A program made the position numbers and the translations under genes. Below the pieces are notes generated by a model. It was not told where the DNA came from, searched no databases, and saw only the letters and a list, made by a program, of their open reading frames with translations. From Candidatus Altiarchaeales archaeon (lineage in GTDB: Archaea > Altiarchaeota > Altiarchaeia > IMC4 > QMZM01), in contig JAHEXG010000003.1 of NCBI GenBank assembly GCA_023252215.1, forward strand, positions 1 through 60,131: a stretch of 60,131 nt of DNA, in the 5' to 3' direction. This document shows positions 1 through 7,999 of this stretch, piece after piece. Every line of letters starts with the position of its first letter. The stretch's first letter is position 1.

Positions 1-412
1 ACTTCTCAAAAAGCTTAACCCGAAGCAAAGACTCTATCCTATGCGCCAAAGAATCCGCAGGCTCAAACTTCCCGGACTCGATACGATGGATCAAAGACTC
101 CGGTTCATTAAGCATCTTCGCAAAATCCTCCATCTTCAACTGCCTTTTTTCCCGCGCAGTCTTAATGATCCGGCCATAATCCTCCTTCAAACTCGGAACA
201 GACAACTCAGCCTCAAGCACCTTAGAAAGACTAGGAACAGGCCTACTAGGAACAGCTGCAACAACAGGCTTCTTCGGAGGCTCAACATGCGGACGAACTA
301 CGCCCACGACCAGACCATAACGGGCACACTCGTTACAGACGACGGCTACACAGCCCTCGATCTTAACCTTCTTACCCTCGATGAAATGCTTGCCACAAGT
401 CTCACACTGCAT
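1..412 (-). CDS. Multiprotein bridging factor 1 (MBF1) homologue, Zn-ribbon + HTH_XRE; C-terminus runs off the window
   Basis: Manual minus-strand translation from ATG 412-410: MQCETCGKHFIEGKKVKIEGCVAVVCNECARYG...KMEDFAKMLNEPESLIHRIESGKFEP. Shows CxxC..CxxC followed by a cro/C1-type HTH. Absent from the ORF track because no stop lies inside the window. Confidence 0.75.
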   Translation of the reverse strand, partial: MQCETCGKHFIEGKKVKIEGCVAVVCNECARYGLVVGVVRPHVEPPKKPVVAAVPSRPVPSLSKVLEAELSVPSLKEDYGRIIKTAREKRQLKMEDFAKMLNEPESLIHRIESGKFEPADSLAHRIESLLRVKLFEK

Positions 413-475
413 TTTGAAAAGAAAACTGGAGTACTGATATATAATTGGGAGGAGAGGCAGAAAAATAAGGGTTAA

Positions 476-634
476 CTAACTTCTTCGACGGAGTGATTTC
501 TTGACTCCTCCCTTTTTTAACTCGATAAGCCCGCCCATCATATCAAGAAACGCCTCATTAGAGATCTTCTTGCGCTCCTCGACCTTGCGTTTGATCTTCT
601 CGATGTCGAGATGTTTGACTGGCTTCTTTTTCAC
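476..634 (-). CDS. Small basic hypothetical protein (52 aa, GTG start)
   Basis: Manual translation VKKKPVKHLDIEKIKRKVEERKKISNEAFLDMMGGLIELKKGGVKKSLRRRS*. GAGGT lies upstream. Same strand as MBF1 and immediately upstream of it. Confidence 0.25.
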   Translation of the reverse strand: MKKKPVKHLDIEKIKRKVEERKKISNEAFLDMMGGLIELKKGGVKKSLRRRS

Positions 635-692
635 GGAAATACCTCAATTTACTTATTATTTTGATTCAAAACCACTATATTAAATTCTACAT

Positions 693-852
693 GGGGATGT
701 GGGGTAACCTGGCATCCTAGCGGGCTCCAGTTTACATACCTGGAGCACTGATGTGACCGAAAGGACACAGATGATGAAGAGACAGGTAAGGTCCTTAAAC
801 GGGCCAAAAAAGAAGATACCTGCCGATGAGGGTTCAAATCCCTCCGTCCCCA
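693..852 (+). tRNA. tRNA-Trp (anticodon CCA) with an intron of about 87 nt (about 731-817)
   Basis: Acceptor GGGGATG/CGTCCCC, D-arm GGGT..ATCC, anticodon stem GCGGG/CCTGC, loop CTCCAG|intron|A, T-arm GAGGG-TTCAAAT-CCCTC, discriminator A. Confidence 0.75.
731..817 (+). ncRNA. Box C/D-like guide RNA embedded in the tRNA-Trp intron
   Basis: CTGA (748-751) and GATGATGA (770-777) are separated by the hairpin TGTGACC-GAAA-GGACACA. The guide CTGGAGC, one nt upstream of CTGA, pairs with tRNA G31-G37. The fifth-nucleotide rule then points at C34. Confidence 0.6.
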
Positions 853-856
853 AACA

Positions 857-874
857 TCCCTTCACAGGGACGTT
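857..874 (+). repeat. Conserved tRNA-trailer hairpin TCCCTTCACAGGGACGTT (copy 1)
   Basis: Identical 18-mer at 36398-36415. The match extends to 28 nt with 2 mismatches. Both copies start 4-5 nt after a tRNA discriminator base. Confidence 0.7.
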
Positions 875-1076
875 TACGGAAAAGAAAGGAAAGGGGAATT
901 GCCTTTAAGGCAATCCAGTCACGCTTAACCAGATATTCGATCTAATCAGTGCTGTCGAGCAAGAGCGAATGAGCGATTTGTCGCTCATGCACCAAAGTTG
1001 CAAGCACCCGCGGGGAGGATCAGGTGCCCGAAGGTGCCCTCAATGGGTATGCCAATTAAGCACATGAAAGCGTCAC

Positions 1077-1114
1077 TTTCAAAACTGGGTGGTTGAAAAC
1101 CACGCGGTTTGGTG
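1077..1114 (+). repeat. HP-1 imperfect hairpin element, copy 1
   Basis: TTTCAAAACTGG-GTGGTT-GAA-AACCAC-GCGGTTTGGTG. Same flanks as the copies at 5970, 25869 and 38914. Confidence 0.8.
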
Positions 1115-1139
1115 TAGGGTTCAAATCCCTTCGTATTCA
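1115..1139 (+). pseudogene. Decayed duplicate of the tRNA-Trp 3' end (T-arm + acceptor strand)
   Basis: TAGGGTTCAAATCCCTTCGTATTCA versus the genuine GAGGGTTCAAATCCCTCCGTCCCCA (828-852), 20/25 identical. No matching 5' acceptor strand was found. Confidence 0.6.
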
Positions 1140-1238
1140 TGATTTTGCTCGAAGTGCCTGAGAACGGAGTTCAGTATCCAGACGTGAGATGTCCATTTTT
1201 CTTGTGATATATTAAATATATTAAAGATATATGCGAAA

Positions 1239-1973
1239 ATGGCCTCTCCTAAGTTAAGGAACGAAACGAAGAAAGAGATTTTAAGATATATTCAAGAAAA
1301 AGCAACCTCTCAAACTTCTTTATCTGAACTTGCTCGAGATGCAATAATTAACAAGTTTAAATCTGAACAATTTGCTGACAATGATGTCAGGGAAATAATT
1401 GATGAGCTTATAAACAAGGATAAGGCTGTTCATTCACATAAGGTTAAATTAGATGTAATAATTCCTTATGACCGAGTTACTAATTTTACTAGAGAATACG
1501 CACCTTACATGACCAAAGGAACAACATCCATAGCTGTTATCAGTTTAATAATTACTATCTTGTTTATATCCTACTTTGGAAGTACTCCCACTCAGTCAGC
1601 TATGACTCCAAATACCTCTATGATAAATACAAACTCCACTTTAACCGATCAAAAAAGTGAGACTGCTCCAAACTATGGAGCATTATATCTCATTGGGCTG
1701 ATGCTTAACTTTCTTTTCTATAGTATTATCTATATTTTATATGAACCAATACTACGTAGCCTAAAACTTGGAATAGTTAACAATCGTAGAATTAATGTAG
1801 TTATTATTTCAGTCCTACTATCATTGGGCTTTACTACAATTATTATTTATTCATTTACCTTCCTCAACCATGAATCTTTTACTACAAATCATTTTGCGGC
1901 GGGTGTTACTGCAGGAGCTGCTCTAGCTGCGGTTGTTATCTATATATTCTCAAAAGACTTTCATGTGTCCTAG
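1239..1973 (+). CDS. Hypothetical membrane protein (soluble N-terminal domain, about 4 TM segments) in a low-GC segment
   Basis: 244-aa ORF with hydrophobic stretches in the C-terminal half. The surrounding DNA (about 1140-2080) is visibly AT-rich. Confidence 0.5.
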   Translation: MASPKLRNETKKEILRYIQEKATSQTSLSELARDAIINKFKSEQFADNDVREIIDELINKDKAVHSHKVKLDVIIPYDRVTNFTREYAPYMTKGTTSIAVISLIITILFISYFGSTPTQSAMTPNTSMINTNSTLTDQKSETAPNYGALYLIGLMLNFLFYSIIYILYEPILRSLKLGIVNNRRINVVIISVLLSLGFTTIIIYSFTFLNHESFTTNHFAAGVTAGAALAAVVIYIFSKDFHVS

Positions 1974-2094
1974 AAATAAATGTTTCCTTTGCGAGACCAA
2001 GATTGTTGTTTTGTCGGGTGGAAAACTTAACTCGACAGAACTACTTATATTCTTTAAATAAACATAATACACCTATATCACGTGTAATACCAAC

Positions 2095-2403
2095 ATGGCC
2101 GCAATCACCTTATCCGTCCCCGACGATCTTAAGAAGCGCATGGATTCCGTTGACTGGGTGAATTGGTCGTCCGTGGCTCGGAAGGCATTCGTTGAAAGAT
2201 TATCCGACGTGGAAGAGCTCGAAGCAAAGAAGAAGGTGGCGGAGATATCGGAGATCCCCGATGACGACAAAAGAGTAGTCAAGTCCAGTCTCGTCAAAAA
2301 GGTCGTCAAGTCCATCGACAAGACTTCAAAAGAGCTGAAAGCTGGCAAGATCAAGCCCATGTCCTTGGAAGAATTCAACAAAGGCCAGACTAGAAGAAAA
2401 TAG
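2095..2403 (+). CDS. Small ribbon-helix-helix (CopG-like) protein
   Basis: N-terminus ITLSVPDDLKKRMD...NWSSVARKAFVERL fits the RHH beta-alpha-alpha pattern. Confidence 0.4.
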   Translation: MAAITLSVPDDLKKRMDSVDWVNWSSVARKAFVERLSDVEELEAKKKVAEISEIPDDDKRVVKSSLVKKVVKSIDKTSKELKAGKIKPMSLEEFNKGQTRRK

Positions 2404-2405
2404 GC

Positions 2406-2726
2406 CTATATCGTTATCCCCTCTGCATTCGCCTTTCCGACTAAAGTCACTCCCTTGCTTCTTTTCCTGTATTCTTCCGGGGTATAGCAGATAAAATCCA
2501 CTGGCTGATCCGTCAGACCCCAGTAATCATACATCCTTGCTCCTCGTTGCATGTAGTCCAGGTCTTTGAATTTCGGGCTGACTATGATCAGGTCTACGTC
2601 GCTGTCTTTATGGGTTTTCCCGCTTGCCTGGCTTCCGAAGAGTATCATCTTCTCTACTGGATAGTCGCGGCTTATGTTTTTCTTTATTTCTTTCAGACTG
2701 TTTAAGAGATCTGTTTTTTTGCCCAT
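2406..2726 (-). CDS. Minimal nucleotidyltransferase (MNT family)
   Basis: Motif LFGSQASGKTHKDSDVDLIIV (GS...DxD). Overlaps the end of the upstream HEPN reading frame. Confidence 0.8.
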   Translation of the reverse strand: MGKKTDLLNSLKEIKKNISRDYPVEKMILFGSQASGKTHKDSDVDLIIVSPKFKDLDYMQRGARMYDYWGLTDQPVDFICYTPEEYRKRSKGVTLVGKANAEGITI

Positions 2727-3067
2727 TTTATTATTCCCTCGGCATAATCTGCAAATATTTTCGCTTTCAGGTCTATGTCCTTTATTTCCGGCATATCGGG
2801 GTATCTTGAGTATGTATAAGCCGGAGCAAGCTCCTTTGCCGACTCCATTATGTTCTTAGGCGCTTTAAGTTTCTTTGCCAGGAGCACCAGATCATGCGTT
2901 CTGATGAGTTCGCCTTCCTTTTCTATTAGAATCGCTTTAAAAGCTTTCTATGCAGCTTGCTGGCATAGGAAGACGCAGACATTGTACTTGCAGCCTGTGA
3001 GATTGTATCTTGCAGCATCTAAATCCTCGTCCGCCTTACATAGCCAACTAGCAGCCTCTGCTTTCAT
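2702..3067 (-). pseudogene. HEPN-domain gene interrupted by an in-frame TAG (codon 40, 2948-2950)
   Basis: Manual translation MKAEAASWLCKADEDLDAARYNLTGCKYNVCVFLCQQAA*KAFKAILIEKEGELIRTHDLVLLAKKLKAP... continues in frame into track ORF 2702-2887. The TAG sits where HEPN proteins usually have Glu (QQAAEKALKA). Confidence 0.7.
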
Positions 3068-3304
3068 AACTAATAAACAATTAGAATCCGTCGATTATAT
3101 ATCTATCCCAGAAAGGCGTTGTCTCAAAAGTTATGGCTTTCGCCTTCCTCTGCGGCTTCGTATGGGCATAAAATAATAAAAATTACGTTAAAAATTGTTA
3201 AAATGTGCCCATACACCTGTCATGTTTCTTCACCGCGCCGCATACGCACCCGTCCCGGCAACATCTTATCTACTCTCTTTCCCAATCCTTAACAGAACTA
3301 CAAC

Positions 3305-3826
3305 ATGAAAACCTTAATAGTATATTACTCCGGCACCGGCAGCAACAAAGCCCTTGCCGAAGACATGGCAAAAAGGATGAATGCCGATATCGAAGGCCTC
3401 GGCGGAGGCGGAACCATCGAAGGTATGGGCATTGCCGTCACTGCGTTCAAGTCGTTCATTGGCTTGGGTTCAGGCATCGGTAAATTAAAATACGATCCAA
3501 GCGGTTATGATCTTGTGGTCCTTGTTTCGCCTGTTTATGCAATGGGTGTCCCTCCTCAGATGAATGCGTATCTTAGCCGTTTCAAGGGCAAGATAAAGAA
3601 AGCAGCAATTGCATCAGTTTCGGGTTCCGGGAATAACCCTAAGGCTATGGCGAAGATGGAAAAGCTCGCGGGCGGTAAGGCAGTGGCTGTTCTTCAGCTG
3701 AAGGGCTTGGAGGACAAATCAGGGCCAAAGAAGGGCTTCCAGAAGCTCACCGCGCAAGATCTCGGAAAACCGGAATACGGGGAAAAGATCGATGCCTTCG
3801 TCCGGGCGGTTCAAAAGGGTCTTTGA
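3305..3826 (+). CDS. Flavodoxin-like fold protein
   Basis: N-terminus MKTLIVYYSGTGSNKALAEDMA is typical of flavodoxin-family proteins. Confidence 0.55.
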   Translation: MKTLIVYYSGTGSNKALAEDMAKRMNADIEGLGGGGTIEGMGIAVTAFKSFIGLGSGIGKLKYDPSGYDLVVLVSPVYAMGVPPQMNAYLSRFKGKIKKAAIASVSGSGNNPKAMAKMEKLAGGKAVAVLQLKGLEDKSGPKKGFQKLTAQDLGKPEYGEKIDAFVRAVQKGL

Positions 3827-4239
3827 CTCTTTTTATTCTCATATCCCTCGCATCGACAGAACACCCCGTGCCCTTTTTCGCACGGGAATATCCTGCAGAA
3901 CATGGGTTTTACGTCATATATCGTGCAGTAGTACTCTTTTTTGTTTCTGACTTTTCTTATGAACGGGCATCTGTGGCTCGTCCTGTTTTTGAATAGACCG
4001 CTCGAGCCGAATTGTTCCCATTCGGCGAGCATCTTTTTGCCTGTCAGATCCTTTCTGCCTGCGCGTTTCCATCCTTCCAGGTCTTTTTCACATATGTCTA
4101 TATGGTCTGTCGAGAGGCAGCATCTTGCGCATCTTTTGCATTGGAAGCCTAGAGCCGCCCTTTTCTTTTCGACCTCTAGTACTTGTTCTTCTATGGTCTC
4201 TTCTTTGAACTCGGGCCCGCCTGCATAGTCGTCGTCCAT
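3811..4239 (-). CDS. YkgJ/UPF0153 family Cys-cluster (Zn/Fe-chelating) protein
   Basis: Contains CKRCARCC plus further conserved Cys residues (CPFIR, CTIYDVKPMFCRIFPC). Confidence 0.65.
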   Translation of the reverse strand: MDDDYAGGPEFKEETIEEQVLEVEKKRAALGFQCKRCARCCLSTDHIDICEKDLEGWKRAGRKDLTGKKMLAEWEQFGSSGLFKNRTSHRCPFIRKVRNKKEYYCTIYDVKPMFCRIFPCEKGHGVFCRCEGYENKKSQRPF

Positions 4240-4335
4240 GTTTTAGGTGGTTAATTATGTATCCCTTGTTCCTAATATCCCTAGGGGCGTGCTAATGCAG
4301 CCAATGAAGCATAATGGCAATGCATACTGATCCTT

Positions 4336-4368
4336 ATGTGACTACATTACGTCAATTTGTAGTCACAT
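4336..4368. promoter_or_regulatory. Perfect 11-bp inverted repeat upstream of thiM (candidate operator)
   Basis: ATGTGACTACA-N11-TGTAGTCACAT, about 125 nt upstream of the thiM start. Confidence 0.3.
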
Positions 4369-4490
4369 AGCTACTTGCAGCCTTTCATCTCCTTTCCAAA
4401 AAACCACCTGCGCTCTCCTATTTTCTGCACTTTCTTATCCTGTCCCCAAGATTAGATAACCTAATCCAATAATATACTCTCCCTTAAACC

Positions 4491-5285
4491 ATGAAAACCT
4501 ACGAAATATTCGAAAAAGTCAGAAAGGAAAAGCCTTTAGTGCACCATATAACGAACTGGGTGACGATCTACGACTGCGCGAACATGACGCGCGCATTCGG
4601 GGCACTCCCGGTCATGGCGCATGCAAAGGAGGAGTCAGGGGACATGGCCTCTATCGCATCAGCATTAGTCTTAAACATCGGCACCCTCACTCCGGAACTC
4701 ATAGAGTCCATGATAATCGCGGCGAAGAGCGCGAACAAGAAAGGCATCCCGGTAGTCCTGGACGCAGTAGGCGTGGGCGCAACCAGGCTGCGCAACGAGT
4801 CTGCTGCGCAGCTATTGGATAAGGTAAAAATAGACATCATCAAGGGCAACTCGTCTGAAATAGCAAAGCTTGCAGGCATGAACGTATCGACCCGGGGCGT
4901 GGAAGCAACGAAGGTCGATACCGATCTTAGGGAGGTTGCAAAGAAACTGGCAAAGGAAAGGAAAGCAACAGTCGTCATAACCGGGAAGGAAGACATAGTG
5001 AGCGACGGCAAAAATACTTACCTGGTGAAAAACGGCCATGAATTGATGGGCAAAGTGGTCGGGACCGGCTGCATGGCGGCGTCAGTCATCGGCTCATTCG
5101 CGGCAGTAGAAAAGGACTACGCTAAAGCAGCGGCTGCGGCCTTATCTATTTACGGCATAGCCGGGGAGCTTGCAGCCGAAGAATCGGATGGCCCCGGAAG
5201 CTTTAAAGAGAATCTGTACGACGCAGTCTACAATCTGCAAAAAGATAGCATAGAGGAGTTGAGCGAAATTGAAGAACTTAAATGA
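4491..5285 (+). CDS. thiM: Hydroxyethylthiazole kinase
   Basis: 264 aa. [10 protein letters not shown]...[16 protein letters not shown] and VVGTGCM motifs are typical of ThiM. Confidence 0.85.
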   Translation: MKTYEIFEKVRKEKPLVHHITNWVTIYDCANMTRAFGALPVMAHAKEESGDMASIASALVLNIGTLTPELIESMIIAAKSANKKGIPVVLDAVGVGATRLRNESAAQLLDKVKIDIIKGNSSEIAKLAGMNVSTRGVEATKVDTDLREVAKKLAKERKATVVITGKEDIVSDGKNTYLVKNGHELMGKVVGTGCMAASVIGSFAAVEKDYAKAAAAALSIYGIAGELAAEESDGPGSFKENLYDAVYNLQKDSIEELSEIEELK

Positions 5286-5895
5286 CATCGACTTTTATTT
5301 CATAACCGACGCGCGCCTGAGCAAAAAAGGGATATTCTCAGACGTCGAGGACGCAGTCTGCGCAGGCTGCAGGATAGTCCAATACCGCGAGAAGGCCAAG
5401 AAAGATGAAGAGATGATAGAGGAAGCCAGAAAGCTAATGGAATCATGCGGGAACAATGTAATTTTTGTGGTGAACGACCGGGTCGATGTCGCTCTCGCAG
5501 TTGACGCAGACGGCGTGCACCTGGGACAAAAAGACCTTGACGTTGCGGATGCGAGAAAGATCCTTGGAAGAAAGATACTGGGCGTCACAGTGCATAACCT
5601 GCAAGAGGCTCGCAGGGCCGTAGAATATGGCGCAGATTACCTGGGAGTGAGCCCTATTTTTCCCACCAGTACAAAGTCCGACGCAGGCAAATCATGCGGA
5701 ACAGAATTAATAGAAAAGATAAAAGAAGAGATAACTCTGCCAATCGTAGCCATCGGCGGAATCACCAAAGCGAATACGCCTCAGGTCATAAGAGCCGGGG
5801 CAAACTCAGTAGCCGCGATCTCGGCAGTCATGTGCTCCGACGACGTTGAAAAAGAAGTCAGAGACTTTATAAGGATAATACATGAGCGTGTCTGA
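5269..5895 (+). CDS. thiE: Thiamine-phosphate synthase
   Basis: 208 aa. FYFITD...VQYREK...DGVHLGQKD...[11 protein letters not shown]...VAIGGI are typical of ThiE. Overlaps thiM by 17 nt. Confidence 0.85.
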   Translation: MKNLNDIDFYFITDARLSKKGIFSDVEDAVCAGCRIVQYREKAKKDEEMIEEARKLMESCGNNVIFVVNDRVDVALAVDADGVHLGQKDLDVADARKILGRKILGVTVHNLQEARRAVEYGADYLGVSPIFPTSTKSDAGKSCGTELIEKIKEEITLPIVAIGGITKANTPQVIRAGANSVAAISAVMCSDDVEKEVRDFIRIIHERV

Positions 5896-5969
5896 TCTAT
5901 TAGCCGTCAGCATTGTCTTCGCTTCGCTCGACAGCAATCGGGGGGGAGGGTCAGGATGAACGGCGCAGC

Positions 5970-6010
5970 CTTTCAAAACTGGGTGGTTGAACTCAACCAC
6001 TCGGTTTGGT
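5970..6010 (+). repeat. HP-1 imperfect hairpin element, copy 2
   Basis: TTTCAAAACTGG-GTGGTTG-AACT-CAACCAC-TCGGTTTGGTG, 75 nt after the thiE stop. Confidence 0.8.
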
Positions 6011-6028
6011 GATTAATTAATTCTGCGT

Positions 6029-6940
6029 GTGAATAATTCTACGATGACTTTAAACAGCAGTAAAAGCTTCAGGAAACCGGAGAAAAAGGCCGGCGTGGGA
6101 CGCGGGAAGGTACTGCTGTTGCTCGTGGTTTTTGCATGCCTTCTGCTTACTGTTGCTGTTGCGGCCCTGCTTTTGGGCGGCGTTAAGATGGGGCAGCTGC
6201 CTCTTGTGGGGCAGAAAATAGCCATCATCCCTTTGAAGGGCGAGATCACTGCCGAAGGCTGTAGTGCCAGTTTATTCAGTTCTGCTTCGTGCGCTAATGT
6301 GGCTGCTATCAAAGAGATGCTGAAGGCTGCGGATAAGGATGATTCCATCCGGGCCGTGGTATTGGATATCAACAGCGGCGGAGGGTCTGTCGTTCCTTCA
6401 AGGGATCTTGCTTACACCGTTAAGGCTATGAAAAAGCCCGTTGTCGCCTTCATCGGGGAGACTGGTGCGTCTGGTGCTTATTATGTGGCTTCGGCCGCGG
6501 ATTATATAGTCACGGACCGGGATTCTATGACTGGCAGCATCGGGGTTATAATGACCATACAACAGATGTATGGGCTATACGATAAGCTGGGTCTGAACGT
6601 TACAGTAATTAAGTCCGGAAAGGTCAAAGACATAGGCAGTCCCTATAGGGAGATGACTCCCGAGGAGAATAAGGAGCTTACTAATATGGTCGATAAGATA
6701 TACGAAGATTTTATCTCAGACGTTGCCGTGAACCGTAACCTGTCAGTGGATTACGTGAGGAACATCTCCGACGGAAGCATATACCTTGGCAGGGATGCAA
6801 AAGACATGGGTCTGGTAGACTCGCTGGGCGGCATAGACGATGCAGTGCAGATAGCAGCGAGCCTGGGAAATGTCAGCGGGGAGCCTGCCATACAGAAGAC
6901 CGCGTCCAAGACCCTCAGTATATGGGATCTTTTTACCTGA
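6029..6940 (+). CDS. sppA: Signal peptide peptidase SppA (S49 family), membrane-anchored
   Basis: N-terminal TM segment, then [12 protein letters not shown]...[15 protein letters not shown]...GSIGV, typical of SppA 36K type. The true start may be ATG 6044. Confidence 0.8.
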   Translation: MNNSTMTLNSSKSFRKPEKKAGVGRGKVLLLLVVFACLLLTVAVAALLLGGVKMGQLPLVGQKIAIIPLKGEITAEGCSASLFSSASCANVAAIKEMLKAADKDDSIRAVVLDINSGGGSVVPSRDLAYTVKAMKKPVVAFIGETGASGAYYVASAADYIVTDRDSMTGSIGVIMTIQQMYGLYDKLGLNVTVIKSGKVKDIGSPYREMTPEENKELTNMVDKIYEDFISDVAVNRNLSVDYVRNISDGSIYLGRDAKDMGLVDSLGGIDDAVQIAASLGNVSGEPAIQKTASKTLSIWDLFT

Positions 6941-6990
6941 TCTCTCTTAAGTGTTTTGATATAAAAAGGCCAAATTCCAAGGAATACACT

Positions 6991-7191
6991 ATGGGAAGAA
7001 TTAAGCAGACCTATTTGAAGAGGGTGGCTAAGAACCTCCTGGCTGTATACCCTGACGCCTTTACCCCGGATTTTGAGAACAATAAAAAGAAGGTGCAGGA
7101 ACTGACCACAGTGCAGAGCAAATCCATCAGAAACAAGATAGCCGGCTACCTATGCAGGGTCATGAGACAAAAAGAAGTACTGCCTGACTAA
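6991..7191 (+). CDS. rps17e: Ribosomal protein S17e
   Basis: [17 protein letters not shown]...[11 protein letters not shown] at 6991 lies inside track ORF 6922-7191. Confidence 0.85.
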   Translation: MGRIKQTYLKRVAKNLLAVYPDAFTPDFENNKKKVQELTTVQSKSIRNKIAGYLCRVMRQKEVLPD

Positions 7192-7222
7192 GATCCGGGG
7201 CCTAAATCTAAGACCCGGATAA

Positions 7223-7999
7223 CTATATCTCATAGCATTTCTTTGAATAGCCGCAGGACTCGCATTTTCTACCGCTCCCGTGGGGGCATATGTCCGGAAC
7301 CACTCCTTCAAGGATCTTGAACACTGCTTCCGAGGTCTCAGAAACCTTCTTTCTAAGGCTGTCAGTATTCATGACCGGCCTCATCTCCGGTACTCGCGTG
7401 TATTCTACAAAGCCGTAAGGTATTTTTTTCTTCGCCTGCACATCCTCTTCCAAGAGCAGGGCATAGGCGCACACCTGTATCCTATCCCCTTCCCAAACGC
7501 TCTCAGGCGGACTACAGGTCTTAATCTCCACAGGATAATAAAAGGATTCTTTCATGACCTTGTCTATCCTCCCGCACAGGCTCAGTTTCTCGGACGACAC
7601 AGGATAATCGACCCTCCACGGACTCATCCTGCGCAAGGCAGCATCAAAACCAAGGTCTTCTGCGATATAAGAAACCCGCTCACCCAATGCGCCCAAGTCG
7701 GCAAGGACCTCGGACCTCACAGCCTCAGCATCCTCTCTCCTAACAGAAGGATAATCTTCCAAGACGACTCCAAAAGAGCGCTCAACTACATCCCTCAAAG
7801 CAGAAACCAGGCCCCCGGCATCATCAACCGCTCCCAACAACTCCATCTGCTTAGCGATCAACGTCTTCCTCAACGCATGATCGAACAAACCCCTCTCCAG
7901 GCTGGCCACAGAATCAGGCTCAAGCCCCAGGACGCTGGAAAGATAAACGCTACGCGGACAAAAAGAATAAGAACTCAGAACCGAGACAGCAACTTTCAT
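7223..7999 (-). CDS. Cas4/DUF83-like PD-(D/E)XK nuclease with a 4-Cys cluster (no CRISPR-Cas nearby)
   Basis: N-terminal Cys (SYSFCPRSVY), GRIDKV...YPVEIKT core, C-terminal CESCGYSKKC (CX2CX5C). Confidence 0.65.
   Translation of the reverse strand: MKVAVSVLSSYSFCPRSVYLSSVLGLEPDSVASLERGLFDHALRKTLIAKQMELLGAVDDAGGLVSALRDVVERSFGVVLEDYPSVRREDAEAVRSEVLADLGALGERVSYIAEDLGFDAALRRMSPWRVDYPVSSEKLSLCGRIDKVMKESFYYPVEIKTCSPPESVWEGDRIQVCAYALLLEEDVQAKKKIPYGFVEYTRVPEMRPVMNTDSLRKKVSETSEAVFKILEGVVPDICPHGSGRKCESCGYSKKCYEI

Noticed and set aside
41-683. Plus-strand ORFs 41-475 and 501-683.
   Set aside because: They are shadows of the minus-strand MBF1 gene and of the small basic ORF, and their sequences are low-complexity (R/L-rich).
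1077-1114. HP-1 hairpins as integron attC sites (R''/R' boxes ..AAAAC / GTTTGG..).
   Set aside because: The boxes fit RYYYAAC/GTTRRRY only loosely. The copies are scattered singly next to housekeeping genes and tRNAs rather than in a cassette array, and no intI is present.
2948-2950. In-frame TAG in the HEPN gene as pyrrolysine or stop-codon reassignment.
   Set aside because: TAG terminates neighbouring ORFs at 1971-1973 and 2401-2403. No other gene in the window needs TAG read-through, and no Pyl genes are seen.
4240-4490. TPP riboswitch upstream of thiM.
   Set aside because: Only short fragments resemble the consensus, and the CUGAGA and ACCUGAUCUGGAUAAUGCCAGC cores are absent.
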